This document shows, in pieces, positions 28,001 through 37,800 of a DNA stretch of 64,000 bases. Both the position numbers and the translations under genes were made by a program. This DNA comes from a virus. The stretch lies in IMG/VR virus record IMGVR_UViG_3300009164_000064, positions 8,526 through 72,525 of that record. One strand, 5' to 3'. Under the pieces are notes generated by a model. The model was not told where the DNA came from and made no database searches. It worked only from the letters and a program-made list of their open reading frames with translations. Positions within the stretch are counted from its first letter, which is position 1; each line of letters starts with the position of its first letter.

Positions 28001-29738
28001 ATGAGTTATTTGCATATACACCACCAGCAAAGAAGCTGTTACCGTTATGAATAGTATTGCCAGAAATTGTAAGAATAGTATGTACTGCGGTATTAGCTAC
28101 AGTCGATCCGATAGCACCAGCAGTTTCCCAGATACGTCCCTGTAGATATGTTGAGTTGTTTGCTGATGCAGCAGTACCACTTATTGATACAGCAGACGCA
28201 ACACTTAGCTGACTTTCTTGTTTACCATATGCATACAACGAATTATTTGCAGTTGTTGCAAAAGTAGCATTTGCTGCTATAGCAACTGATAGCTGACTTT
28301 CTTGTTTACCATATGCATATAGTGAGTTGTTAGCTGTGGTAGCAAAGGTAGCATTGGCCGCTGCACTTACAGACAACTGGCTCTCTTGTTTTCCATAAAC
28401 ATATGATGCACTATTGGCATATAGTGCATTGTTCGCATTTGCCACAGTTCCTGAGATAGATGAAGCGTTTGCCCAATAACTGGCAGTGCCGTTTGAGAAC
28501 AATGCTTGACCAGATGTACCGAATGATCCATTAGCAACAACACCACCATTAAAATAACTATTACCATTATGAATGGTATTACCAGAAATTATTAATGTTG
28601 TAAACGCACCAGTATTTGCTACTGTTGAACCAATGGCACCAGCAGTTTCCCATGTTCTTGCTTGTAGATAGGTAGCATTATTAGCAGTTGTCGCTGTGCC
28701 AGAAGAGACTGATCCCCAAAATACACCAGTGCCGTTTGATGTTAGGACAAGTCCATTAGCACCAAGAGAACTATTTGCGTAAATACCACCATTAAAGAAT
28801 GAATTTCCATTATGAATGGTATTACCAGAAATTATTAATGTTGTAAACGCACCAGTATTTGCTACTGTTGAACCAATGGCACCAGCAGTTTCCCATGTTC
28901 TTGCTTGTAAGTATGTTGAGTTGTTTGCAGTTGCAACAGTGCCACTTACTGATACAGCAGACGCAACGCTTAACTGGCTTTCCTGCTTACCATATGCATA
29001 AATTGTATCATTTGCAGTTGTTGCAAATACTGCGTTAGCAACATACAACTGACTTTCTTGTTTACCATTAAAACGAAGAGCATTGTTAGCTGTGGTTGCA
29101 AAAGTAGCATTTGCTGCTATAGCAACACTTAACTGGCTTTCCTGCTTACCATAAACGTATAGCGAGTTATTCGCTGTTGTTGCAAAAGAAGAGTTAGCAA
29201 CAGAGGAAACATTTGCCCAATAACTGGCAGTACCGTTTGAGAACAATGCTTGACCAGATGTACCGAATGATCCATTAGCAACAACACCACCATTAAAATA
29301 ACTATTACCATTATAAACAGTATTGCCAGAAATAGTAAGAGTTGTAAACGCACCAGTATTAGCTACTGTTGAACCGATAGCACCAGCAGTTTCCCATGTA
29401 CGACCTTGTAGATAGGTAGCATTATTAGCAGTTGTCGCTGTGCCAGAAGAGACTGATCCCCAAAATACACCAGTACCATTTGATGTTAGGACAAGTCCAT
29501 TAGCACCAAGAGAACTATTTGCGTAAATACCACCATTAAAGAATGAATTTCCATTATGAACAGTGTTGGCAGTAATAGTTAATGATGTAAAGGCACCAGA
29601 ATTCGCACTGACACCACCACCCGTCACGAATAAACCGAGTGTGTTGCCTACTGTATTTAGTGCTGTGTTACCAAGAAACAAATAACCATCAATAGATGTA
29701 TTACCATATACTCTTGTACCACCAAGTAATTTTGCCAT
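25047..29738 (-). CDS. Long tail fibre protein with C-terminal peptidase S74 intramolecular chaperone
   Basis: Repeat-rich A/N/T/G/S shaft; C-terminus TAYSSDRRLKKNI...GVIAQEIE...YLTVRYDRIVPLLIEAIKD. Confidence 0.88.
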   Translation of the reverse strand: MAKLLGGTRVYGNTSIDGYLFLGNTALNTVGNTLGLFVTGGGVSANSGAFTSLTITANTVHNGNSFFNGGIYANSSLGANGLVLTSNGTGVFWGSVSSGTATTANNATYLQGRTWETAGAIGSTVANTGAFTTLTISGNTVYNGNSYFNGGVVANGSFGTSGQALFSNGTASYWANVSSVANSSFATTANNSLYVYGKQESQLSVAIAANATFATTANNALRFNGKQESQLYVANAVFATTANDTIYAYGKQESQLSVASAVSVSGTVATANNSTYLQARTWETAGAIGSTVANTGAFTTLIISGNTIHNGNSFFNGGIYANSSLGANGLVLTSNGTGVFWGSVSSGTATTANNATYLQARTWETAGAIGSTVANTGAFTTLIISGNTIHNGNSYFNGGVVANGSFGTSGQALFSNGTASYWANASSISGTVANANNALYANSASYVYGKQESQLSVSAAANATFATTANNSLYAYGKQESQLSVAIAANATFATTANNSLYAYGKQESQLSVASAVSISGTAASANNSTYLQGRIWETAGAIGSTVANTAVHTILTISGNTIHNGNSFFAGGVYANNSLGANGLVLTSNGTSVFWGSISTSANATFATTANNSLYAYGKQESQLSVSIAANATFATTANNSLYAYGKQESQLSVASAVSVSGTVATANNSTYLQARTWETAGAIGSTVANTGAFTTLTASANTALNGALTYAGVALANSVTGTGSMVLSNVPTFVGPTATTNGSTIAKFTDSVTTTLRLAITNAGFQLGVPNTSDSIVFGQKTGDSTALTSWATIGSAGFQGPIGATTANTGAFTILTISGNTVHNGNSFFAGGIYANNSLGANGLVLTSNGTSVFWGSVSAGGASGNNANYLQDRTWQTAGTIGSTVANTGAFTTLTTNQSGGVANTVTATAGQVISYASMNGGRTYYGYDLNTQPSLYETRFVNISSSTNVPSGMTAIGYWFGMGAGDVATRGFSLMGTDSNGLWYKAHNGGSWTRTVDTSTIGTLTANNATYANSASYAYGKQESQLSVATAASLSGTAATANNSTYLQGRTWETAGAIGSTVANTGAFTTLTASANTVLNGNTNFKGGIYANGVLGANGLVLTSNGSGVFWGSVSAGSGNTTNAVTFNNGGSGAASGNTFNGSAAVTISYNTVGAPSTTGTNASGTWGIDITGAANNASYLASRRWETAGAIGSTVANTGAFTTLTADTVAATNNGSGTNFKVGDDVWIGDINVADTMSIRGQQSANNGYIIFGNADSTSKLGRAGTGALTYTGAFSATSFTGAGTGLTGTGTTFTANNATYAYGKNENQLSVASAASATDSTKLPLAGGTMTGTITSSVGANSIVFSNATSNRIMWGAGGVAAPAFTSYSAGVKLVIYDSISASSAGMAIGVESGTMWFGTQTNTEQFKWYGGTTNYMSANTTGLTHTGNITAYSSDRRLKKNITPIEEPIKKIQQIGGYTFDWDKELCDKYDFIPGQIHEHGVIAQEIEKIIPDAVARAPFDIGKDGGSKTGENYLTVRYDRIVPLLIEAIKDQQTQIDELKELVKALINKEQDNG
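27650..29560 (-). repeat. Hierarchical intragenic repeats (about 250-aa super-repeats)
   Basis: 29406-29559 nearly identical to 28662-28815 (744-bp offset); 28564-28666 identical to 28807-28909 (103 bp, 243-bp offset). Confidence 0.9.
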
Positions 29739-31661
29739 TTATATTATTCCTGTAACTTCGTCTAGTGAACCAGCAATCATTAATGTACCATTACTGTATA
29801 ATCTTCTTGCTAACCCACTATTTATAGGGTTTATAGTTACTTCATCAAAGGTTTTAGAATATGCAATCCCTGTATTACTTATACTATATGCTGTTGATCC
29901 AGTTAATGTAATTTCGTCAAATGATCCAGATACAAGCAAAGTTCCGTTAGAGTACAATCTGGAAACTTTGGGAATATAGGTAAAAACAAACCCTGTGTTA
30001 TTACCATAGTTTGCGTTGGTGTATGGAGAGGCTGTAAGCGCAAACACCGTAGAGGCTGGGCTGGCATTGAGATAGGAAATAAGGCAGTTATAAAGGTAGA
30101 GCGTTCCCGCTCCTACATATACAATATCTTGTGCAACACCAGTAACACCTGTTGTAAGCTGCTGACTAAAGCCTGAATCAGTATCGCTATAGATATTTTT
30201 AAGTTTATTAGCTTCTGAGCCAGTGCCTATGAATTTTATAGTCCCACGATCTGTCCCAACCGCCTTAATAGTAGTGCCAAATCCCTGAACTGTAAGCGTT
30301 TGAAGTTGCCCCGAATACAACTCAATGTTTGAGTAATCTGAGGGTGGCGTTGGTCCTTGTAGCCCCGCCTGATTACTGTCATCGTAAAAAACATAGTTAA
30401 TACTTCCGTATGTTAGTATCGAACCTGTTCCAAGTATGTTTAATGGCGCTCTATAATTTGCCCCTTCAGCGTTAAACGCTTGTCTAACATCCCATTTAGC
30501 GGTAGCAGAATTACCATTAAGAACAAATGTGCCACCAGAGCCAAAATTTACTGTAGCTAGCGAATCAGTCTGCCAGCTATAAGTAAACAGTGGTGTACGG
30601 AGCATGAAACCGTTTAAATCCAACGTCATACCGGGCTGCAACTGAAAACCAGTGGCAGTGGATTTGAGTGTTAGCTCATTTGTCAATTTGTATGTGCTGG
30701 TACTTGATGCAAAAGATAGATTCAGATTTAGTGCGTCAGCCCACCCCCCACTTAGTTTCCTAGTGATATTGCTGTTGTTACTTAAATCCATCCTACCTGC
30801 TGGGACAGCATGTCCACCGATCTGCACATCGCCATAGCAAACAAGGTTCCCGCTAGAGCCGTAGTTTAATGCTCCGGTAAAATTAGGTGTATTAAAATTA
30901 CCTACAGCGCCTGTGGTTATAGTTACAGTTCCGGCTCCGTTTAATGTTACTGGAACGGCATAAAAATTTTGAGATGCGCTTATATTTATGGTACGGCCTG
31001 ATATTGTTGATGGATTGGATAGGATGACTTGACCGTTATTTTGATTTGTCATCGTGCCTGTCCACGTTGATGCTGCTACAACAGTGCCACTTGCGGCGGA
31101 AACCGATATTGTACCGCTAGTACCAAAATCAATATTACCACCCGTCCATGTAGTTGTAGCGGCAGTAATATTAGAGGTATTGCATAGTAGCGTACCAGCC
31201 GTCAGTGTCAATGCGCCTGTTGTAGTCACATTGCTGCTTAATGATAAGTTAAGATCAGATAAGTTTAGAGTAATGCCGCATGTTAAACTTGATCCGCTGC
31301 TAAGCGTAGCCGTCCCTGTGGTAGCACCCGCAAAGTTCATAGCTCCTGTAGCTGTCCACGTTATACCCGATCCGATAGATACCGTAGCGCCGCCAGTGAA
31401 AGTCCATGCGCTTGCTCCAGTAAATGTCAGAGTACCAGCAGAAGGGTTTGACATTGTAACACCAGCTAAAGCTGTCGCAACGCTTCTTGTTACTGTGTAA
31501 GATGCACCACTTCCCGCAGGATTGGAGTTGGCATCGAAGAAGACGAGATCGCTAGCGCCTGGTACTGAAGCACCGCCAGTACCCCCAGATGTATTCGCCC
31601 ACTTAGTACCTACTGTTGCGTTCCACGTGTTGGTACCGCCTACCCAATAACGATCAGCCAT
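29739..31661 (-). CDS. Fibre/adhesin-like beta-rich virion protein
   Basis: MADRYWVGGTNTWN...ASVPGASDLVFFDANS start, autotransporter-like beta repeats, C-terminal RLYSNGTL..FDEVT repeats. Confidence 0.7.
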   Translation of the reverse strand: MADRYWVGGTNTWNATVGTKWANTSGGTGGASVPGASDLVFFDANSNPAGSGASYTVTRSVATALAGVTMSNPSAGTLTFTGASAWTFTGGATVSIGSGITWTATGAMNFAGATTGTATLSSGSSLTCGITLNLSDLNLSLSSNVTTTGALTLTAGTLLCNTSNITAATTTWTGGNIDFGTSGTISVSAASGTVVAASTWTGTMTNQNNGQVILSNPSTISGRTINISASQNFYAVPVTLNGAGTVTITTGAVGNFNTPNFTGALNYGSSGNLVCYGDVQIGGHAVPAGRMDLSNNSNITRKLSGGWADALNLNLSFASSTSTYKLTNELTLKSTATGFQLQPGMTLDLNGFMLRTPLFTYSWQTDSLATVNFGSGGTFVLNGNSATAKWDVRQAFNAEGANYRAPLNILGTGSILTYGSINYVFYDDSNQAGLQGPTPPSDYSNIELYSGQLQTLTVQGFGTTIKAVGTDRGTIKFIGTGSEANKLKNIYSDTDSGFSQQLTTGVTGVAQDIVYVGAGTLYLYNCLISYLNASPASTVFALTASPYTNANYGNNTGFVFTYIPKVSRLYSNGTLLVSGSFDEITLTGSTAYSISNTGIAYSKTFDEVTINPINSGLARRLYSNGTLMIAGSLDEVTGII

Positions 31662-31971
31662 TGACTATTCCCAACTCTGTTTTTTTATTGGCGATCCATT
31701 CATCGAACTTTTGTTGCTTCATAGCTTCAATTTCAGAGTCAGCCAACCCATGGTCTTCAGGGAGCCATAGCGTGAGTCCGTAAAGCCCATACTCAGTTGC
31801 AATTTCGGATGTAAACGGAAGCCATATCATTGATACAGCAATCCAATCAGAAAGCATCTGTTGCTTTATAGCTTCAATTTCAGAGTCAGACAACCCATGG
31901 TCTTCTGGTAATTGAATGATATCATGATATGGACCGTAGCGAGTTTCAAATTCAAAGTGAATGGTGATCAT
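31654..31971 (-). CDS. Small hypothetical protein made of two ~49-aa repeats
   Basis: LPEDHGLSDSEIEAIKQQ / LPEDHGLADSEIEAMKQQ; GAGG RBS. Confidence 0.75.
   Translation of the reverse strand: MITIHFEFETRYGPYHDIIQLPEDHGLSDSEIEAIKQQMLSDWIAVSMIWLPFTSEIATEYGLYGLTLWLPEDHGLADSEIEAMKQQKFDEWIANKKTELGIVNG
31712..31905. repeat. 47-bp direct repeat (45/47 identical), 147-bp offset
   Basis: 31712-31758 versus 31859-31905. Confidence 0.9.
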
Positions 31972-31981
31972 AATTTATTCC

Positions 31982-32464
31982 TCAACCAAACACAGTATCT
32001 AGACTGTTTGTTGTTGCATTATAATATTCATAAACTACACTTATATTAGTTGAATTTGAAAAACCAACACGACCACCAACATAAATGTTGTTTGAAACAC
32101 CAACACCACCAGTGACAGTAATAGCACCAGTTACAGCATTACCAGATGGTGTTTGATTTGTGAATGAATGTGTATTGGTCCATACAAATGATGCTGCTGC
32201 ATTAACGCCACTACCACTTGCGCTTACAGAACCCCAAAATACACCAGTACCATTTGATGTTAGGACAAGTCCATTAGCACCTAATGAGTTGTTAGCGTAG
32301 ATACCACCATAAAAGAATGAATTTCCATTATGAACAGTATTGCCAGAAATTAACACAGAATTACTAAATGTAGTGTTACCAGCAATTATACCAGCACCAT
32401 TAGCAAACTCAATATTAGGCGTGATTATGCCACTTTTAACTATAAACTTTTTATCGTTTGCCAC
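31982..32464 (-). CDS. Short fibre-family virion protein (MANDKKFIVK paralogue)
   Basis: GTG start; shares its N-terminus with 32506-34830 and the GGIYANNSLGANGLVLTSNGTGVFW module with 25047-29738. Confidence 0.75.
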   Translation of the reverse strand: MANDKKFIVKSGIITPNIEFANGAGIIAGNTTFSNSVLISGNTVHNGNSFFYGGIYANNSLGANGLVLTSNGTGVFWGSVSASGSGVNAAASFVWTNTHSFTNQTPSGNAVTGAITVTGGVGVSNNIYVGGRVGFSNSTNISVVYEYYNATTNSLDTVFG

Positions 32465-32505
32465 TGATTCACTTTCCTCTAGTTGGCGATGTTATTATAT
32501 ATGAT

Positions 32506-34830
32506 TTAAATCAAGAATAGTTGCTCAGATACTCTAAATGCGATAGTGTTGGCTGAAGAAGGAGTTGCAAGAATTCTTACACTATTACTTACAATATCTA
32601 CTTCATATGTAGCTAATACCGTTGGACCTGTGAAAAGCATACCGTACTCAATTGCTGAAGCAACACTATTATCATGAGCAACTAAAAGTTCAGTTACATG
32701 ACGGCGAGTGGTTGATGTTTCAGTTGCCTGAATGTAAATCTTCGCACTACCATATGTATTAGCACTGAATTCAGAAATTTGAACCTGAGCAATAGCAGAT
32801 GCGGTATTTGAATCACCAGATAAATGAACAATATTTTTTACTGAGATGTAGTTGGTTGCGTTAGCAATTGCAAATGATGCGTTTGTGAAGGCACCAGTAT
32901 TAGCAGTTACACTACCAATAGGAAGTGGAGCTTGCCATGTTGCACCTTGCAGAGCAAGTGTATTAGCAGATGTTGTTGCAAAGGCAGCATTAGCTACTGA
33001 TAGCTGGCTTTCCTGCTTACCATATGCATATAGTGCGTTGTTGGCAGTTGTAGCAAACACAGCATTTGCAACGTAAAGCTGACCTTCTTGCTTACCATTT
33101 AGATAGGTAGAATTGTTAGCATTCGCAACAGTACCAGAGACGTTGTTAGCATTAGTCCAGTAGATCGCTGTTCCGTTTGATGCTAGAACTTGACCAGCAG
33201 TACCAGCACTACTATTGGCAATAAGACCAGCATTAAATACTGCATTGGCATTAAATGTAGCAACACCAGATGTGATCAGTGTTGTAAACGCACCAGTGTT
33301 AGCGGTTACGGTACCAATAGGAAGTGGAGCTTGCCATGTTGCGCCCTGAAGAGCAGCAGAGTTGGCGGTATTTGCTACTGATAGCTGACTTTCTTGCTTA
33401 CCGTTTAATCTTAGCGCATTATTTGCATCTGTAGCAAATACGGCATTCGCAACATAAAGCTGACTTTCCTGCTTACCATTTAAACGTAGAGCATTGTTGG
33501 CATCAGTAGCAAAGACAGCATTAGCAACATACAACTGGCTTTCTTGCTTTCCGTTTAGACGGAGAGCATTATTTGCATCTGTAGCAAATACAGCGTTGGC
33601 AACGTAAAGCTGACTTTCTTGCTTACCATTCAAACGCAGAGCGTTGTTAGCTGTACCACTATAATTGTTAGCGTCAATAGTTCCTACATAGCTTGCGGCA
33701 TTACCAAGTCTTAGAGTATTAACAGATAGATTAGCATATGAAAGTGATGCATCAGTTGTAATAATAATATTATTATTTACAGAGGCTTCGTCCCCATATG
33801 TTGAAATGAGGATATATTCTTTATTTGTTGGGTTTCTGACTAGACCTGTGTGGTTGTTTGTATTGCCAGAGCCGTTATAATGTGCTAGAAAACCAGTCCA
33901 TAGAGTATCAGATACAGTATTATTTACAGCAAGCTTAATAATTGGATCGATGACACTAAGTGTCTGGATGTTTGAAGAAACAAGGTTTCCAGTTAGAATT
34001 AGGTTTCCAGCAATACTAATATTACCAGTGAACGTACCATTTGCAAAGGTCACATCATCTGTTGTACGAACATTTTGGTTCATACGGAAAGGCAGACGAG
34101 GTTCTGCTAATGTGCCAGTTGAGATATTTGTGGCATTAGTATAGAATTGGCTATTTGCACCATTTAAATATAGTGCGTTGTTTGCAGTATCAGCAAACGT
34201 AGCATTAGCAACGAAGCTGCCAGCAACACTACCAGCAACTGTTGCATAAACAGCGTTAGCAACATATAGTTGACTTTCTTGCTTACCATTCAAACGAAGA
34301 GCATTGTTTGCAGTATCGGCAAAGACCGCATTCGCACCATTGGTTGAATATGCAGCATTGGCTACTGATAGCTGAGATTCTTGCTTACCATTAAGACGCA
34401 GAGCATTATTGGCATCAGTAGCAAAGACAGCATTGGCAACATAAAGCTGAGATTCTTGCTTACCGTTTAGTCGTAATGAGTTATTGGCTGTTGTGGCAAA
34501 TACGGCATTGGCAACATAGAGTTGGCTCTCTTGTTTACCATAAACAAATGATGCGTTATTAGCAGTGGCTTCATAGAATGTTGAATTGATCATGACACTA
34601 GAAGTGCCAAAGGCAATATCACCATTGACAGTCAATACACTAGAAGTACCAGCTACCGCCGAATCATTGATAGTGATCAACGTACCAAAGGCAGTATTAC
34701 CGACTATCTTAAGTGTACCATCAGTGCCGTAGTTAAAGTCTAATACAGCAGTCGTGTTGCTACCGTTAGCAAACCTAACTGTAGGTGCGCTAAGGCCATT
34801 CTTAACTATAAATCTTTTATCATTTGCCAT
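32506..34830 (-). CDS. Repeat-rich fibre-like virion protein
   Basis: 25-aa repeats ANNALRLNGKQESQLYVANAVFATD; C-terminal ~100-aa domain (RHVTELLVAHD...EYG...VRILATP) shared with 34887-38117. Confidence 0.8.
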   Translation of the reverse strand: MANDKRFIVKNGLSAPTVRFANGSNTTAVLDFNYGTDGTLKIVGNTAFGTLITINDSAVAGTSSVLTVNGDIAFGTSSVMINSTFYEATANNASFVYGKQESQLYVANAVFATTANNSLRLNGKQESQLYVANAVFATDANNALRLNGKQESQLSVANAAYSTNGANAVFADTANNALRLNGKQESQLYVANAVYATVAGSVAGSFVANATFADTANNALYLNGANSQFYTNATNISTGTLAEPRLPFRMNQNVRTTDDVTFANGTFTGNISIAGNLILTGNLVSSNIQTLSVIDPIIKLAVNNTVSDTLWTGFLAHYNGSGNTNNHTGLVRNPTNKEYILISTYGDEASVNNNIIITTDASLSYANLSVNTLRLGNAASYVGTIDANNYSGTANNALRLNGKQESQLYVANAVFATDANNALRLNGKQESQLYVANAVFATDANNALRLNGKQESQLYVANAVFATDANNALRLNGKQESQLSVANTANSAALQGATWQAPLPIGTVTANTGAFTTLITSGVATFNANAVFNAGLIANSSAGTAGQVLASNGTAIYWTNANNVSGTVANANNSTYLNGKQEGQLYVANAVFATTANNALYAYGKQESQLSVANAAFATTSANTLALQGATWQAPLPIGSVTANTGAFTNASFAIANATNYISVKNIVHLSGDSNTASAIAQVQISEFSANTYGSAKIYIQATETSTTRRHVTELLVAHDNSVASAIEYGMLFTGPTVLATYEVDIVSNSVRILATPSSANTIAFRVSEQLFLI
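33370..34560 (-). repeat. Two clusters of 75-bp (25-aa) tandem repeats
   Basis: NGKQESQL coding units recur every 75 bp at about 33370-33650 and again at about 34250-34560, with synonymous codon differences between copies. Confidence 0.85.
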
Positions 34831-34872
34831 TTGCCAATTGTCCCTTTAGGAAAGTTAGTTTGTTTTCTTGTT

Positions 34873-34880
34873 TATTTATA
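34873..34880 (-). promoter_or_regulatory. T4-type late promoter
   Basis: Exact TATAAATA upstream of the 34830 start. Confidence 0.8.
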
Positions 34881-34886
34881 CGATCA

Positions 34887-37800
34887 TCATGCTAGAAACA
34901 GGTTCTGTATGATTTTAAATGTTGTTGTGTTTGATGAAACTGGAGTTGCAAGAATTCTGACATTACCCGAAAGAATATCAATATTAAATGTTGCTAGTGC
35001 AGTGTTTCCTGTTTGTATGACACCATATTCAGTAGCAACAACATTCGTTCCATCATGAGATAAAAGTATTTCGCTAATATGTCTGAAATTGTTATGAGTG
35101 TCTGTTACTTCGATGATCAACTTACCACCAGTATATGTGCCAGTAGAAAACTCTATAATATTTGCAGGTGTCATACCCGATACAGTGATCTTACCAAGGC
35201 CCATCATGTGAGCAACACTAGCAAAAGCAATGTGTGAAGTTACATTAGCGTAAACAAACTTACCCGTATTAGCAGTTATTGCGCCAATAGCAGCAGGGGA
35301 TTCCCATGTATATCCTTGCAAATAGCTTGCATTGTTTGATGCAGATGTATACAGCGATGAGTTAACATTTAACTGGTTTTCATTTTTACCAAATGCACGA
35401 TAAGAATTGTTTGATGTTGCCGCAAAATATGTTGAATTAATAACCGTAGTATTGCCTAAAAAGATATAATCATTTGCAACAATATTTGTTTTTACATATA
35501 AAGTATTTGCTTGAAGAGCAACAAACTTACCATCATTTGGTGTTGTATTACCAATTGATGCTGGTTCTTCCCAAGTCTTAAACTGTAAAGATAATGCATT
35601 ATTTGAACTTACTGAACTTGATAGTAATGTAAAATATGCTGTATTAACGTATAGACCTGAGCTATTAGCAACAAGACCGTCTTTGGCATTAACTGCAACA
35701 TCATCAGTATTTACAGAAATACCAGCACCAGCACCAACATAAAGAATTCCGCTATCAGTGAAAGGACCACCGACCAAACCAGAACCACCATCAACACTTG
35801 TTACTGTACCAACAAATTGATCTTGAGTATCAATGACAACGTATGATGAATTTGAGAATACTTTAGCAGTACCATTACCAACTAATACAACATCATTGTT
35901 GACGTTGTTTGCATTGTATAGACGCATAACACCGACTGTGGTATTAGCCACAGATTGATAATAATAAATTGCACCTTGATCTTGTTTCCAGTATATTCCA
36001 CCAGAACCATTTGAAGCTAGAACTTGATCAGTGGAACCAAATGTTCCATTAGCCTTAACACCACCATTGATGATGATATCTTGGAATGTCCATGTGTTCG
36101 ATACAGAGACTGAGCTTGAAGTATTAACACTGCCTTGTGGTAATACATTCCAAGGAAGTGTACCAGTGCTGATGTTTGTCGCATTGGTAAAATATGATGA
36201 AGTTAATCCATTCAGATAGTTTGTATTATTAGAAAATAATGAACTATTTGATGTATTTGAATATGAAACAGAGAGTTGGCTTTCTTGCTTACCATTAAGA
36301 TAAAGAGAATTATTAGCTGTTGTTGAAAAGACTGCGTTAGCAACAGATAGTTGACTTTCTTGTTTTCCATAAACGTAGGTTGCATTGTTTGCTGTACCAG
36401 AATATGATCCAACACCAATAGTTGAAAATACAGTACCATTACCAAGCTTGATACTATTGACTGCTAGGTTAGCATATGTAAATGATGGATCAGTAATAAC
36501 AATAATATTATTATTGACAGAAGCTTCATCAGCATATGTTGACATAAGAATATATTCTTTTGTCGATGGATTTCTAACAAGACCAGTATGGTTATTTGTA
36601 TAACCAGAGCCACTATAGTGAGTTACAAAACCACTCCATAGAGTATCAGCACTATTATTAGCACCCAATTTAATCATTGGGTCAAGGACGCTCAATGATT
36701 GTACGTTTGTTGAGTATAGGTTTCCAGAAAGAATTAAATCACCACCAACAGTAATATTGCCAGTGAATGAACCATTTGCAAATGTTACACTATCAGTTGT
36801 GCGAAGGTTCTGATCCATTCTAAATGGTAGACGAGCTTCTGCTAGTGTACCAGTTGAGATGTTATTTGCATTTGTATAGTATGCTGAGTTAAACCCACCA
36901 AGATACTGAGCAGTGTTCGCATTAAGTGCGCTCTCTGCCTTACCATTAAGATAATTTGCTACGTTTGCATATAGTGCCGAATTAGCAGCAAGAGCACTTT
37001 CAGCTTTACCATTAAGATAATTGGCTACATTCGCATAAAGAGCAGAGTTAGCTGCCAGTGCGCTCTCTGCCTTACCATTAAGATAGTTAGCAATATTTGC
37101 ATATAGCGCCGAATTAGCAGTATAAGCAAATTGAGCATTTGTTGCATAAGTTGCTGAGTTAGCTGCTAGTGCGCTCTCTGCCTTACCATTAAGATAATTA
37201 GCAACATTGGCCGTGTATGAAAACTGAGCATTCGTTGCATAGGTAGCTGAGTTAGCATTTAGTGAAGTCTCTGATTTACCACCATACGAATATAGAGCCG
37301 CATTAGCAATCCCTGCATATGTCGCATAGTTTGCATAGAGAGCAGAGTTTGTGCTAAGAGCACTTGGGGCAACACCGTTTAGATAATTAGCACTATTTGC
37401 AGTGTAAGCAAACTGAGCGTTGGTTGCATATGTTGCACTATTGGCATTAAGAGAGGTTTCAGACTTACCGCCATATGAGTACAAGGCAGCATTTGCAATA
37501 CCAGCATATGTCGCATAGTTAGCGTAAAGAGCAGAGTTGGCTGCTAACGCACTCTCTGCCTTACCATTAAGATAGTTGGCGACATTGGCCGTATAGGCAA
37601 ATTGTGCATTCGTTGCATAGGTAGCTGAGTTGGCATTCAGAGATGTTTCTGCTTTACCATTATATGCATACAGTGCAGTATTAGCGATCCCTGCATATGT
37701 TGCGTAATTGGCATACAAAGAAGAGTTTGCAGCTAGTGCGCTCTCTGCCTTACCATTAAGATATTTGGCGACATTAGCAGTGTAAGCAAACTGAGCATTG

